From assembly GCA_015492515.1 (NCBI GenBank), contig WGEZ01000114.1, positions 1 through 51,071 on the forward strand: a DNA stretch of 51,071 nt. The letters are read 5' to 3'. Made by a program: the position numbers and the translations under genes. Positions 11,616 through 21,494 of this stretch are shown piece by piece; position 1 is the stretch's first letter; each line of letters begins with the position of its first letter. The DNA is from Nitrospirota bacterium. Its GTDB lineage: Bacteria; Nitrospirota; Thermodesulfovibrionia; Thermodesulfovibrionales; JdFR-85. The notes beneath the pieces were generated by a model. It saw nothing but the letters and a program-made list of their open reading frames with translations, did no database searches and was not told the DNA's origin.

Positions 11616-13265
11616 CTATAATTTAATCTTTAAGGGTTTTCGGTTTCGTCCCCATATGAAGCCGAAGACCAGCACGGTGAGTACCATGACGGAGTAGCTG
11701 AACAGATCCCCGTGTACGGAGTAGAAACTCGGATCGGATCCCCTGTTCATCACGATGTCCGCCGTCAGGTAACCCTCCTCAAAGAGCCTCGTAGAAGCCA
11801 GCACCCTTCCTGATGCGTCTATGAAGCCCGATATCCCGGTATTGGCCGCCCTCACGAGGGGCTTTCTGTTCTCCACGGCCCTGAAAACGGAGATGCCGAA
11901 GTGCTGGTAAGGTCCGCTGGTTCTTCCGAACCAGGCGTCATTGGTTATGTTTACGATCAGATCTCCGTCCCCGGTGAAGAACCTTCTGACAAGGCCGGGG
12001 AAAATGATCTCATAGCAGATTACTGTGGAAAACCGGCCCCAGGATGTATCGGCCTTTACATAATCCCTGCCCGCCTGGTAGTCTCCGATCCCCTCCACAA
12101 GCCTGTCGACGAAGAAGAGGAGCTTCTTGAGGGGGACGTATTCACCAAACGGTACCAGATGTATTTTATCATAAACATAGGAAAGTTTTCCATCCCCGCC
12201 GATGAGGACGGCGCTGTTGGAGAGGGTGTAACGGGGCCCGGTCCCGGCACCGTGATTCTCCCCCTTTATCAGCACCGTACCCGTCAACAGGGGGACCCCG
12301 ATCTCCCTGACGAAGCCGTTCACCTCCTCCGTAAGGGTCCTGTCCGTACCGTAGTAGAAGGGCAGGGCGGTCTCGGGCCATACGATCATGTCGGGGTCGT
12401 CCCGGAGGGAGGCCCTTGTGAGCCTCTTGTAGGTCTGCAGTATCGACCTCTGCCGGCCGGGGTCCCACTTTACGGACTGGTCGATGTTGCCCTGAACGAT
12501 GCTGACCCTCACCCTTCTACCCTCGTCCTTCGCGGCCGGGGTGGCGTCCAGCCTCCTGAAGCCGTAAAGGAGCGCCGCTGCCATCACCAGGACCACGGCG
12601 GCCGCGGAGAGGATCGCCTTTGCAGGGGGGTGGAGGGGACGCTCGGCGCGGCGTCTCTTCAGCAGGACGAGATCGGAGAGTGCCGTATTCACGAGGATGA
12701 CAAGGAGTGAGACGCCGTAAACACCGGTCAGGTCAGAGATCTGTATGAGGGGGACGGCGTTGTGCTGGGTGTAGCCGAGCAGGGACCAGGGGAAGCCTGT
12801 AAACAGATACCCCCTCACGTATTCGAGGGAGACCCAGAGGGGTGCAGCGGTGATCGTGAGGGGGAGGTCCGTCCTCCTCAGGGCCTCAGCGGTCAGGAGG
12901 CCGAAGAAGGCGGTGTAGAGAGCCTCGTAGAGGCAGAGCAGCAGGACAACGGCGAGACTCACGGGGAGGAGGAGCCCTCCGTAGTGGTTTATCGAGTGGT
13001 ATATCCAGTACTGTGTGCCGAGGAAGTACACGAGGCCGAAGAGGAGCCCGCTCCGGAAGGCGGCGGCCCGGTCCATCCCTTGCAGAGAGACCAGAAGGGG
13101 CGCGATGCATACCAATGCCAGGAAGGAGAGGTTGAAGGGAGGGAATGCAAAGACGAGGACCGCACCGGACAGAAGGGCGGGAAGGTATCTGCCGAGGGCC
13201 TCTTTCGCGTTATCCATGGCGAGTGTATGGGGAAATTGCATTTTGGTGCCTGAATATTCTATCAT
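11616..13265 (-). CDS. lnt: Apolipoprotein N-acyltransferase Lnt
   Basis: 549 aa. Multi-TM N-terminal half and a C-terminal nitrilase/CN-hydrolase domain (VVWPE-type WPETALP, ...ICYEIIFP). Start uncertain: 13265, 13241 or 13217 (MDNAKEAL...). Ends 12 nt before prfB. Confidence 0.85.
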   Translation of the reverse strand: MIEYSGTKMQFPHTLAMDNAKEALGRYLPALLSGAVLVFAFPPFNLSFLALVCIAPLLVSLQGMDRAAAFRSGLLFGLVYFLGTQYWIYHSINHYGGLLLPVSLAVVLLLCLYEALYTAFFGLLTAEALRRTDLPLTITAAPLWVSLEYVRGYLFTGFPWSLLGYTQHNAVPLIQISDLTGVYGVSLLVILVNTALSDLVLLKRRRAERPLHPPAKAILSAAAVVLVMAAALLYGFRRLDATPAAKDEGRRVRVSIVQGNIDQSVKWDPGRQRSILQTYKRLTRASLRDDPDMIVWPETALPFYYGTDRTLTEEVNGFVREIGVPLLTGTVLIKGENHGAGTGPRYTLSNSAVLIGGDGKLSYVYDKIHLVPFGEYVPLKKLLFFVDRLVEGIGDYQAGRDYVKADTSWGRFSTVICYEIIFPGLVRRFFTGDGDLIVNITNDAWFGRTSGPYQHFGISVFRAVENRKPLVRAANTGISGFIDASGRVLASTRLFEEGYLTADIVMNRGSDPSFYSVHGDLFSYSVMVLTVLVFGFIWGRNRKPLKIKL

Positions 13266-13324
13266 AAGGCTTCAAATAATTTTCTCCTTCGACCAATCGG
13301 GGCTGACCCCTGCAGGAGATCACA

Positions 13325-13400
13325 GGGCAGGTAGCTCAGTCGGTAGAGCAGAGGCCTGAAAAGCCTCGTGTCGGCGGTTCGATTCCGTCCCTGCCCACCA
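13325..13400 (+). tRNA. tRNA-Phe (anticodon GAA), CCA encoded
   Basis: GGGCAGGTAGCTCAGTCGGTAGAGCAGAGGCCTGAAAAGCCTCGTGTCGGCGGTTCGATTCCGTCCCTGCCCACCA. 7-bp acceptor stem GGGCAGG/CCTGCCC, anticodon loop CTGAAAA, T-loop GGTTCGATTCC. Confidence 0.9.
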
Positions 13401-13531
13401 CCGCAGACCGACCCCATGGAGGGTTCCGGGAGCGGTTGCGGTGAATGTAGTCATCGCCTCCACGCCCTTCAGGAGGCCTCGGACACGGGATCGGTCATGC
13501 AACCTGCACCGGGACAACTGCATCTCCGGAC

Positions 13532-15064
13532 CTAATACACACCCCTGTCCAGCGCCCTGTACTGGATGGCCTCTGACACGTGGTGGGGGAGGATCTGGTC
13601 GCTCCCCTCGAGGTCGGCGATGGTTCTGGAGACCTTCAGGATCCGGGCGTAGGCCCTTGCAGAGAGGCCGAGCTTCTGCATCGCCGTCTCGAGGATCCCC
13701 TGGGCCTCGGTGGTGAGGGTGCAGTACTTCTTTATGTGTCTTGTCTTCATCTGGCCGTTACAGTAGATCCGCTCCTTTCCGAACCTTTCGAGCTGGATGC
13801 TTCTCGCCTTCGTCACCCGCTCCCTTATATCTCCGGAGGGCTCCGCCCCCTGCACCGAGGAGAGTTCGCTGTAGCGGACTGCCGGGACCTCGATATGGAT
13901 GTCGATGCGGTCGAGCAGGGGGCCTGACACCCTTGTCCTGTAGCGGTGGATCTGGCCAGGGGTGCAGCTGCACTGGTGCTTCTCGTCACCGATGTAGCCG
14001 CAGGGGCAGGGGTTCATGGCGGCTACGAGCATGAACCTCGCCGGATAGGTCACCGAGGCGACCGCCCTCGAGACGGTCACCTCGCCGCTTTCGAGGGGCT
14101 GCCGCAGGACCTCGAGAACGTTCCTCTTGAACTCGGGGAGCTCGTCCAGAAAGAGTATGCCGTTGTGTGAGAGAGAGACCTCACCGGGCTTCGGATACTG
14201 GCCACCGCCGATGAGCGCCACATCGGATATGGTGTGGTGTGGTGACCTGAACGGCCTCGTTGCGAGGAGGGGCTGTCCTGAGTCGAGGGTGCCCGCCACG
14301 CTGTGGATCCTTGTGGTCTCGAGGGCCTCCTCGAAGGTCATCCCGGGCAGTATGGAGGGGAGGCGCTTCGCCAGCATCGTCTTGCCCGAACCAGGTGGGC
14401 CGATCATGAGGATGTTATGTCCGCCCGCTGCAGCGACCTCCATCGCCCTCTTTGCGTGCTCCTGTCCCTTCACCTCTGAAAAGTCGTCCTCGTACCTTGA
14501 GGCGACCTCAAGGACTTCCGCGAGCTCAATAGAGCAGGGCGATACATCGAGGTCTCCCCGGAGGAACTCCACCACCTGAGCGAGGTTCTCCATGCCGTAG
14601 GCGGCTACACCTTCGACCACGGCGGCCTCAGGTGCGTTCTCTGAAGGCAGGATGAGCCCCCTCAGGCCTGCAGCCCGTGAGCTTATGGCCATCGAGAGGG
14701 CGCCCTTCACGGGCTTCAGCCTCCCGTCCAGGGAGAGCTCGCCCGTCACCATGTAGCCTCGGAGCGAGTCCGCGGAGAGGACGCCCTCAGAGGCCAACAC
14801 ACCGAGGGCGATGGGGAGGTCGAAGGAGGACCCCTCCTTCTTGAGGTCGGCGGGAGCGAGGTTCACCGTCACCTGCTTCAGGGGGAAGACGAAGCCCGTG
14901 TTCTTGAGGGCCGCCCTCACCCGGTCCCTGCTCTCCTTCACCGCGGTGTCCGGAAGGCCGACGAGGGAGAAGTGGGGCAACCCCTTCCCGGTGATGTCGA
15001 CCTCCACCTCGACGGGGTGCGCCTCGATACCGATCAGTGTTGCGCTCAGTATCCTGGAGAGCAT
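13532..15064 (-). CDS. comM: YifB/ComM family Mg-chelatase-like AAA+ ATPase
   Basis: 510 aa. N-terminal Lon-protease-like domain ([23 protein letters not shown]), Walker A GPPGSGKT, and the C-terminal Mg-chelatase subunit ChlI-like region. Confidence 0.9.
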
Positions 15065-15080
15065 GCCTTGAGGAATGACC

Positions 15081-16397
15081 TCACCCCTTCTCTTTTCTCT
15101 TCGTCGATTCCATGAGTGCCTGAACAGGCCTGAGCCCGTAAGGGCTTCCCTGCTCTATTGCGGTAAGCACCGTACCGCCTCCGGTGAAGAAGTAGTACTT
15201 GGCGTTGTCCATCACGGAGAGGTAGAGACCGGGGCAGAGGTTCTTGAATTCCTGCAGCGTGTCACCGCCGCCGTACATCTTCATCGCCTCCCTGTTGCGG
15301 TCGATCGCATGGTCGAGCGCCTCTGACCCAGCGGTGAAGTGGGGTGTATAGCCCATCACGGCATTGACGAAGATGGTCCTTGCACTCCCTATCGCCTCGG
15401 CCACAGCGGGATCGAGGAAGGAGGCGGGATCGATGTCCAGGATGTAGCCGTAGGAGTTGCCCGGCCGGAAGTCCCTAATGGAGATGGTCCTGTACCTGCC
15501 CTCTATCCGGCCCTCCATCGTCTCTGACTCCACCACATGGGGCAGCTCCACGATCTTTCCGAGGGTCCTGTCCTTCTCGACCAGCTCTTCTGCAAGCTCT
15601 ATATCCTCCTCCGCGACGCCCTTGATCCTCACGCCGTACTTGGCGCAGAGGAAGGTATTGTAGATCACGCCGCCCAGTATGAGGCGGTCCACCTTCTCGT
15701 AGATGGCGTAGAGGGGCCTTATCTTCGTGTCGTACTTCGCCCCTGCCACAACGGCGACGAAGGGCCTCTCGGGGTTGAGCACCCTGCTGAGGTTGGCGAT
15801 CTCCTGCTGCATGAGGAACCCGGCGTAGGAGGGGAGGTGCCTCGTGACGTCGTAGGTGGAGGCATGGGGCTGCCATGAGCCGAAGGCGTCGTTTATGTAT
15901 ATATCCGCCAGCCCGGCAAGCTGGAGCGCGAAGTTCTCCCTCAGCTCGCCCTCGGCCTCCTCTCCCTGGAACCACCGGGTGTTCGGCAGATAGATGCCTC
16001 CGATCCTGTGCTCCTTCAACTCCTTGATGGCGAGGTTCACTGATGTGTCGATCCCCGGTATACCCCGGTCCGGGTCCACCGGGAACCTGGGTATGTGGAA
16101 CCTCGTATGGAGCTTCTGCTCCAGGTACTGGACGACGGGTTCCACGGACTCTTCGGGCCTGCAGCTTATCTTTCCGGTCTTCTTGTCCCTCGGTCTCCCT
16201 ATGTGGGTCATCATTATCGGCCTTCCACCCCTCTCCACGATGCTGAAGAGGGTACCGATCGTACGGTCTATCCTGTAGGGGTCCCTGATCTCGCCCCCCT
16301 TGACCACGTTGTGGTCGAACCGGACGAGGACCACCTTTCCGTTAAGGTCGGCATCCTGGATCAGGGGCAGGTCTGGATGGAGGGGGCTGCTATCCAT
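15081..16397 (-). CDS. Divergent phosphoglycerate kinase family protein
   Basis: 438 aa with the PGK block order preserved:
- [14 protein letters not shown]
- MTHIGRP
- [11 protein letters not shown]
- [13 protein letters not shown] (canonical NDAFGTAHRAHAS)
- AGFLM
- [10 protein letters not shown]
- GGGDT
- TGGG

GGAGG SD, and an 8-nt overlap with the upstream radical SAM gene. Confidence 0.7.
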
Positions 16398-17394
16398 GGG
16401 AGACCTCCATGACGGAGGGACGGCAGAGTCTGCCCTGGCGGGTGTCGAGCTCGACGAGCCTCCTCTCTATGTCCCTCAGGATCTCCTGTCTCCCCCTGCC
16501 CCACTTCGGCCCTATCAGTATGGCCTCCGGTGCGGTCGCGAAGAGCCTCTGCAGTACGATGCCGGGTGAGAGCCTCTCGATGAACCGTACGACGAAGTCT
16601 ATGTACTCCTCATAGCCGAAGAGGCGGAAGGGTGACCCACTGTAGATCTCCTCCAGTGCTGTATCCCTCACCACCTGGAGCTGGTGGATCTTCAGGAACC
16701 CGATGGGCAGACTGGATATAACGCGTGCCATATCGAGCATCTCCTCTCTGGTCTCGGTGGGAAAGCCGACGATCACGTGGGCGCCGATATGGATCCCCCT
16801 GCCCTCCGTGAGCTCGAGGGCCCTGAGGAAGGTCTCGTAGTCGTGTCCCCTGTTGATGAACTCGAGGGTCCTGTCGTAGATCGACTGGAGCCCGTACTCG
16901 ACGAGGACGAAGTGATCCCTGGAGAGCTCTTCGAGGAGTCCCAGCTTCTCTCCGTCCACACAGTCAGGCCTGGTGCCTATGGCGAGCCCCACGACGTCGG
17001 GGACGTCGAGGGCCTCCCTGTACAGCCTCTCGAGCTTCTCCACCGGTGCATAGGTGTTCGAGTAGGGCTGGAAGTAGACGATGAACCTCTCAGCTCCGTA
17101 TCTCTTCCTGAGATACCTGATGCCGCCCTCCACCTGCTCCCTGACGGGCAGCACCGGGCTGCAGGAGGAGGGCCTGAAGCTGTCGTTGTTGCAGTAGATG
17201 CAGCCGCCGTAACCTGCGGTGCCGTCTCGGTTCGGGCATGTGAACCCCGCATCCACATTCACCTTGAAGACCCTTCTGCCGAAGAGGTCCCTGATGTATC
17301 TGCCGAAGGAGTTGTATCTGTTCATCTCGTCATAGAGCGGCAAGCCGGAGTAGCCGTGAGGATACCGCCCTCCCGTTGTATTCCACCTGGCCAC
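16390..17394 (-). CDS. TIGR01212 (YhcC-like) family radical SAM protein
   Basis: 334 aa. KVNVDAGFTCPNRDGTAGYGGCIYCNN matches the unusual cluster-binding region of the YhcC/TIGR01212 family. Confidence 0.85.
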   Translation of the reverse strand: MARWNTTGGRYPHGYSGLPLYDEMNRYNSFGRYIRDLFGRRVFKVNVDAGFTCPNRDGTAGYGGCIYCNNDSFRPSSCSPVLPVREQVEGGIRYLRKRYGAERFIVYFQPYSNTYAPVEKLERLYREALDVPDVVGLAIGTRPDCVDGEKLGLLEELSRDHFVLVEYGLQSIYDRTLEFINRGHDYETFLRALELTEGRGIHIGAHVIVGFPTETREEMLDMARVISSLPIGFLKIHQLQVVRDTALEEIYSGSPFRLFGYEEYIDFVVRFIERLSPGIVLQRLFATAPEAILIGPKWGRGRQEILRDIERRLVELDTRQGRLCRPSVMEVSHG

Positions 17395-17410
17395 GAAGGG
17401 GCCTTCCCGT

Positions 17411-18028
17411 TCAGGAGTACTCAGCTACTATTTTAACAAATTCGGAGGCCGTCCTGTGGAGGTCCTCCCCCTTCAGCATCCCCGAGGCGACGGCCACCGC
17501 CGAGACCCCCTGCTGCAGGACCTCGCCGAGGTTGTCGAGGCTGATCCCTCCGATGGCCACGACGGGTAGGCTGACGATGGATACGACCTCCCTGAGGGTC
17601 TCCAGCCCCCTCGGGCTGCCTGCGTCCTTTGTGGTGGTGGGGAAGACGGGGCCGAACCCGATGTAGTCTGCACCGCCCGCCTCGGCCTCCCTCGCCTGGT
17701 CGATATCATGGGTGGAGATGCCGATCAGCTTCCCGCCCATCATCCCCCTGGCCTCCTTGAGCGGGAGGTCGTCCTGGCCGAGGTGCACACCGCCGGCATC
17801 GACGGCAAGGGCGATGTCTGCGTGGTCGTTGACGACGAGGAGGGCCCTGTACCGGTCGGTGAGCTTCTTGAGCCTCTCTGCCTGGTGGAAGACCTCCCTC
17901 CTGGAAAGCCCCTTCTCCCTGTACTGCACCCACCTCACCCCTGCATCAAGGACCGCCTTAACCGTATCCTCCACGCCGAGTGGGGAGAGGTCTCTTCCGG
18001 TAATGAAGCAGATACCTCCGAAGAACAC
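17411..18028 (-). CDS. thiE: Thiamine-phosphate synthase ThiE
   Basis: 205 aa. VQYREK, GVHLGQDD, GISTH, ADYIGFGPVFPTTTK, VVAIGGI. Confidence 0.9.
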   Translation of the reverse strand: MFFGGICFITGRDLSPLGVEDTVKAVLDAGVRWVQYREKGLSRREVFHQAERLKKLTDRYRALLVVNDHADIALAVDAGGVHLGQDDLPLKEARGMMGGKLIGISTHDIDQAREAEAGGADYIGFGPVFPTTTKDAGSPRGLETLREVVSIVSLPVVAIGGISLDNLGEVLQQGVSAVAVASGMLKGEDLHRTASEFVKIVAEYS

Positions 18029-18034
18029 CCCTGC

Positions 18035-18580
18035 TCAGCCCCTCCGCTCGTGGCGCTCCATCAGGTAGAAGAGCCCGCCGGCCAGTACGTACAGGGCGAG
18101 GAGCACGATCCAGTGGTTCAGCCCGAGGACTCCGGGGAGCGTGGCGTTTCTCATCGCCGAGGAGACGTAGAACCCCTGGATGGAGGGGTAAAGCACCGCA
18201 AACAGCAGTGAGCCGGCGCCTATACCGATCATCGTGACCAGGGCGTCCACCCTCCCCGAGGCGAGGCTGGCCACGGATGTGCCCGGGCAGTATCCGCTCA
18301 GGACGAACCCGACGCCGAATATCAGTCCCGCCAGGACCTGCGGCCAGAAGAAGGTGGGTACGATCCAGACCCTGGAGAGGTCCATCACCTTGAGATCCGA
18401 CAACAGATACAGTCCTGTGGCAGCGACGAGGATCGCCGTGAACATCACCTTCGGCACGGTGAAGTCCCTCAGGTAGAAGACACCGGTGAGCTTGCGCGGA
18501 TCGCCGAGGCCGCCCCTTTCGAGGAAGAGGCCGAAGAAGAAGCCGATGATCACTGCAATCAGCAGGGAGTTCATGTCCAT
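18035..18580 (-). CDS. YeeE/YedE family sulfur-compound transporter, half-size protein (second half)
   Basis: 181 aa, polytopic, with the conserved Cys loop GYCPGTSVASLASG. 10-nt overlap with the upstream half. Confidence 0.8.
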   Translation of the reverse strand: MDMNSLLIAVIIGFFFGLFLERGGLGDPRKLTGVFYLRDFTVPKVMFTAILVAATGLYLLSDLKVMDLSRVWIVPTFFWPQVLAGLIFGVGFVLSGYCPGTSVASLASGRVDALVTMIGIGAGSLLFAVLYPSIQGFYVSSAMRNATLPGVLGLNHWIVLLALYVLAGGLFYLMERHERRG

Positions 18581-19092
18581 AACCTCCTGAGGAAGGCCGC
18601 TGCAATGAGGCCGCTGACGAACATGGATATGAGGAAGATCCAGCCCGAGAGCGCCAGCTGTGCACCGCCGGAGAGTCCGACCCCGCTGGTACAGCCCCTC
18701 GCCAGCCTGCTTGAGAAGCCTATCAGGGTACCGCCGGCGAAGGCCGTCAGGAGCCTCGTCCCGCTGCTCAGGTGCCCGCCCCTCTCAAAGCGCAGTCCGA
18801 TGGTCCCGCTGAGGATCGATCCGGTGAAGGCACCGAGGAAGAGACCGCCTACCTCGAAGAGGACCCAGTTCTTCAACGGTGATGCCGCGCTCAGCTGCCT
18901 CGAGAAGTACTTGAGGCTCCCTGCAAACTCAGGGCTCAGCCCCTTGACGGCGACGGCCGCAAGGAGGGAGAAGGCGCTCGATGCACCGAGCCCCCAGTTG
19001 AAGATGTACAGAGCGGCCAGGAGGGTCAGCCCGATCCCGGCTCCTGCCACATAGGGCGACCAGAACCTCTCTCTTTCCATGATAACCTCCAA
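18571..19092 (-). CDS. YeeE/YedE family sulfur-compound transporter, half-size protein (first half)
   Basis: 173 aa, polytopic, with the conserved loop SRLARGCTSGVGLSG. GGAGG SD. Confidence 0.8.
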   Translation of the reverse strand: MEVIMERERFWSPYVAGAGIGLTLLAALYIFNWGLGASSAFSLLAAVAVKGLSPEFAGSLKYFSRQLSAASPLKNWVLFEVGGLFLGAFTGSILSGTIGLRFERGGHLSSGTRLLTAFAGGTLIGFSSRLARGCTSGVGLSGGAQLALSGWIFLISMFVSGLIAAAFLRRLWT

Positions 19093-19131
19093 GGGGATGA
19101 TTAGTTGCAGAAATTAGCAACTCATAAACTT

Positions 19132-19160
19132 ATAATGCCACTATCCGCGCAATATGTCAA
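19132..19160 (-). promoter_or_regulatory. Sigma70-type promoter of the yeeE-thiE-rSAM-pgk-like-comM operon
   Basis: Minus-strand reading TTGACA (19160..19155), 17 nt spacer, CATTAT (19137..19132). The 5' UTR then contains the inverted repeat AGTTGC-N8-GCAACT and GGAGG. Confidence 0.45.
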
Positions 19161-19189
19161 GCCGTTCCTTATACGTGCACACTGCGGTC

Positions 19190-20302
19190 TCATTCCATCC
19201 TCAGCACCCTCCTGCGGTACAGCAGGTATCCGAGGGCCGTCAGGATAGAGCCGAGCATCAGGAGCCTGAGCATCTTCGGCAGCAGCAGCCCGATGCCGGC
19301 GCCCCTGATGAGGAGCCCGATGCCGAGATCCATGTAGTACTTCATGGGGGAGACAACGGTGAGGCGCCTCAGCCATTCCGGGAGGGCCTCGGGCGGCACC
19401 CAGCCGCCGGAAAGCAGGAGCATGGGGGCGAAGATCGCGATGGTCAACATCCCTATCTGGCTGAACCTCCTCGCCACAGAGGCTATTATGAAGGCCAGCC
19501 CGGATGTGGCGGTGCCGTACACCAGGCTTATGAGGAGGAACTCGTGGATCGTTCCCTTCAGGGGGAATCCGAGCCAGAGCTTCAGCACGAACTGGTAGCT
19601 GAAGGCGATCATCGCCAGCAGGAAGATGGAGGAGGCCACCATCTTCATCAACAGGAGCCTCCGGATGCTGAGGGGCGAGATCAGGATCTGTTCGATCGTT
19701 CCGTATTCCTTTTCCCTGATCAGTATCGCGGCAGGCAGGATCATCCCGATCAGCGAGACGACCATGAAGAACTCGTTGATCCCCTCGAAGAGGTCGTCCC
19801 TCGCCAGGGGGTTGAAGAATATCCTCGGCTCTAACCCGACCCGGGGGAGCCCTCTGATCATCTCGAGCCGCTGCATCGAGACCCCCTCGGCATACCGCTC
19901 GATCACGCTGCCGAGGTAAGCTGAGCTGAGGTAGGCCGCCGTGCTCTGTGTGCCGTCGACCAGGACCTGGAGGCTGGCACCGCCCCTGTAGAGGTCCCGC
20001 TGAAAACCCGAGGGTATCACGAGGGTGAGGACCGTCCTTGAGTCGTTCAGGAGCCTGTCTATCTCACGACGGTCGTCGATCAGCTCCGGCGTGCGGAACG
20101 CAGGAGAGGTGATCATCTCCACCAGAGCACGGCTCCGGGAGGATCTGTCCTCGTCGTAGACGCTTATGGAGACCATCTCGGGGATCAGTTTGAACCCCTG
20201 TGCGGCGAGGTGTATGTCCAGCGTGAAGGCGTAGAGTATGAAGATGACGAGTCCCCGGTCACGGAGTATATGGAGGAGCTCCTTCCTCAGCAGCTGCCAC
20301 AC
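19190..20302 (-). CDS. ABC-2 type transporter permease (YbhR/YbhS-like)
   Basis: 370 aa. N-terminal TM segment, a large periplasmic loop, and a C-terminal ABC-2 membrane domain. Confidence 0.8.
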   Translation of the reverse strand: MWQLLRKELLHILRDRGLVIFILYAFTLDIHLAAQGFKLIPEMVSISVYDEDRSSRSRALVEMITSPAFRTPELIDDRREIDRLLNDSRTVLTLVIPSGFQRDLYRGGASLQVLVDGTQSTAAYLSSAYLGSVIERYAEGVSMQRLEMIRGLPRVGLEPRIFFNPLARDDLFEGINEFFMVVSLIGMILPAAILIREKEYGTIEQILISPLSIRRLLLMKMVASSIFLLAMIAFSYQFVLKLWLGFPLKGTIHEFLLISLVYGTATSGLAFIIASVARRFSQIGMLTIAIFAPMLLLSGGWVPPEALPEWLRRLTVVSPMKYYMDLGIGLLIRGAGIGLLLPKMLRLLMLGSILTALGYLLYRRRVLRME

Positions 20303-20366
20303 AGCTCCTCACCCCCTTTCCGTCGTACCCTCATCGATTCGTCAACACCCCTGCCCATCGGGAGAG

Positions 20367-21494
20367 CTAACCCTCCCTCTTTCTGAAGGCCATGATCCCC
20401 ACCGAGAAGAGGAGGCAGAAGTAGAGCACCAGGAGCAGCACCTGTGGAAGGAGGTCCGGCAGAGGGAGGTCCTTCAGGTAGACGCCGTGTATTATCTTCA
20501 TGAAGTGCATCGTGGGGTAGAGGTGGGCCATCACCTTCGCCCCGCCCTCGAGGTTCGCCACGGGGATCAGCAGGCCCGAGTAGAGGAAGGCAGGTATCAC
20601 CGTCACTATTATGGTGACTATCTGGGCGGAGACCATGGTCCTGGTGACCGAGGAGACCAGCAGCCCGATGGATACGTTGATCAGCACGTAGATGAACGCC
20701 CCGGGGATGAGGTTGGCGAGCGGCCCCTTCATCGGTATCTCAAACAGCAACCTCACGGTGAGCAGGATCACCAAGAAGTTGATGGCCGAGATGACCAGAT
20801 AGGGTATGATCTTCCCCGTGAGGAACTCCCATCTCTTGATCTGGGAGGAGTAGATGTTGTAGATCGTCCCGAACTCCTTCTCCCTCGTTATGGCCAGGGC
20901 GGTGAGCACCGCGGGGTTCATCAGCAGCACGAGCGCTATGAGCCCCGGTATGAGGGCATAGCTGCTCCGGAGGGATTCGTTGAAGAAGTAACGGGTCTCC
21001 ACCCTGATGGGCCGGCCGGGGCGCGGGTCCAGTCCGGCCCTCTCCAGCCTCTCGGTGACGAGCTCCCTGTTGAAGTCGGCAATGATCGCCTGGGCATAGC
21101 CCTTGACGGTGAGCGCCCTGTAGGGATAACCGCCGTCGATCAGGAACTGTACCTCTGTGTCCCCTCCCCTGTAGATGTTCCTCGAGAACTCGGAGGGTAT
21201 GACGAGGACCGCCCTCAGAGCCCCCCTGCTCAGCAGGCGGTCTGCCTCGCCGGGGTCGGAGAGCTCTCCCTGGAGCTCAAAGTATCTGCCCTTGAACTTC
21301 TCCACGAGACGGGCGCTCAGCTGGCTGTGGTCGTCGTCCAGGTAGGCGAAGGGCATATGCTCGACGTCGAGGCTGATGCCGTAGCCGAAGACGATGAACA
21401 TCGTGAAGGGCACGAAGAAGGCGAGCACCAGGAAGAGCCTCACCCGCCATATCTCCCTCACCTCCTTTGCGGTTATGGCAAGGACCTTCCTCAT
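20367..21494 (-). CDS. ABC-2 type transporter permease (YbhS/YbhR-like)
   Basis: I chose the start MRKVLAITAKEV at 21494 because of its ATGA overlap with the ATPase stop (tcat 21491..21494). The track ORF begins 23 codons further upstream. Confidence 0.8.
   Translation of the reverse strand: MRKVLAITAKEVREIWRVRLFLVLAFFVPFTMFIVFGYGISLDVEHMPFAYLDDDHSQLSARLVEKFKGRYFELQGELSDPGEADRLLSRGALRAVLVIPSEFSRNIYRGGDTEVQFLIDGGYPYRALTVKGYAQAIIADFNRELVTERLERAGLDPRPGRPIRVETRYFFNESLRSSYALIPGLIALVLLMNPAVLTALAITREKEFGTIYNIYSSQIKRWEFLTGKIIPYLVISAINFLVILLTVRLLFEIPMKGPLANLIPGAFIYVLINVSIGLLVSSVTRTMVSAQIVTIIVTVIPAFLYSGLLIPVANLEGGAKVMAHLYPTMHFMKIIHGVYLKDLPLPDLLPQVLLLVLYFCLLFSVGIMAFRKREG

Noticed and set aside
13266-13531. 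tRNA-Phe and comM as possible integration hot spots (island, integrase, att repeats)
   Set aside because: No integrase or recombinase ORF, and I found no duplicated tRNA 3' end elsewhere in the window. The flanking genes are housekeeping.
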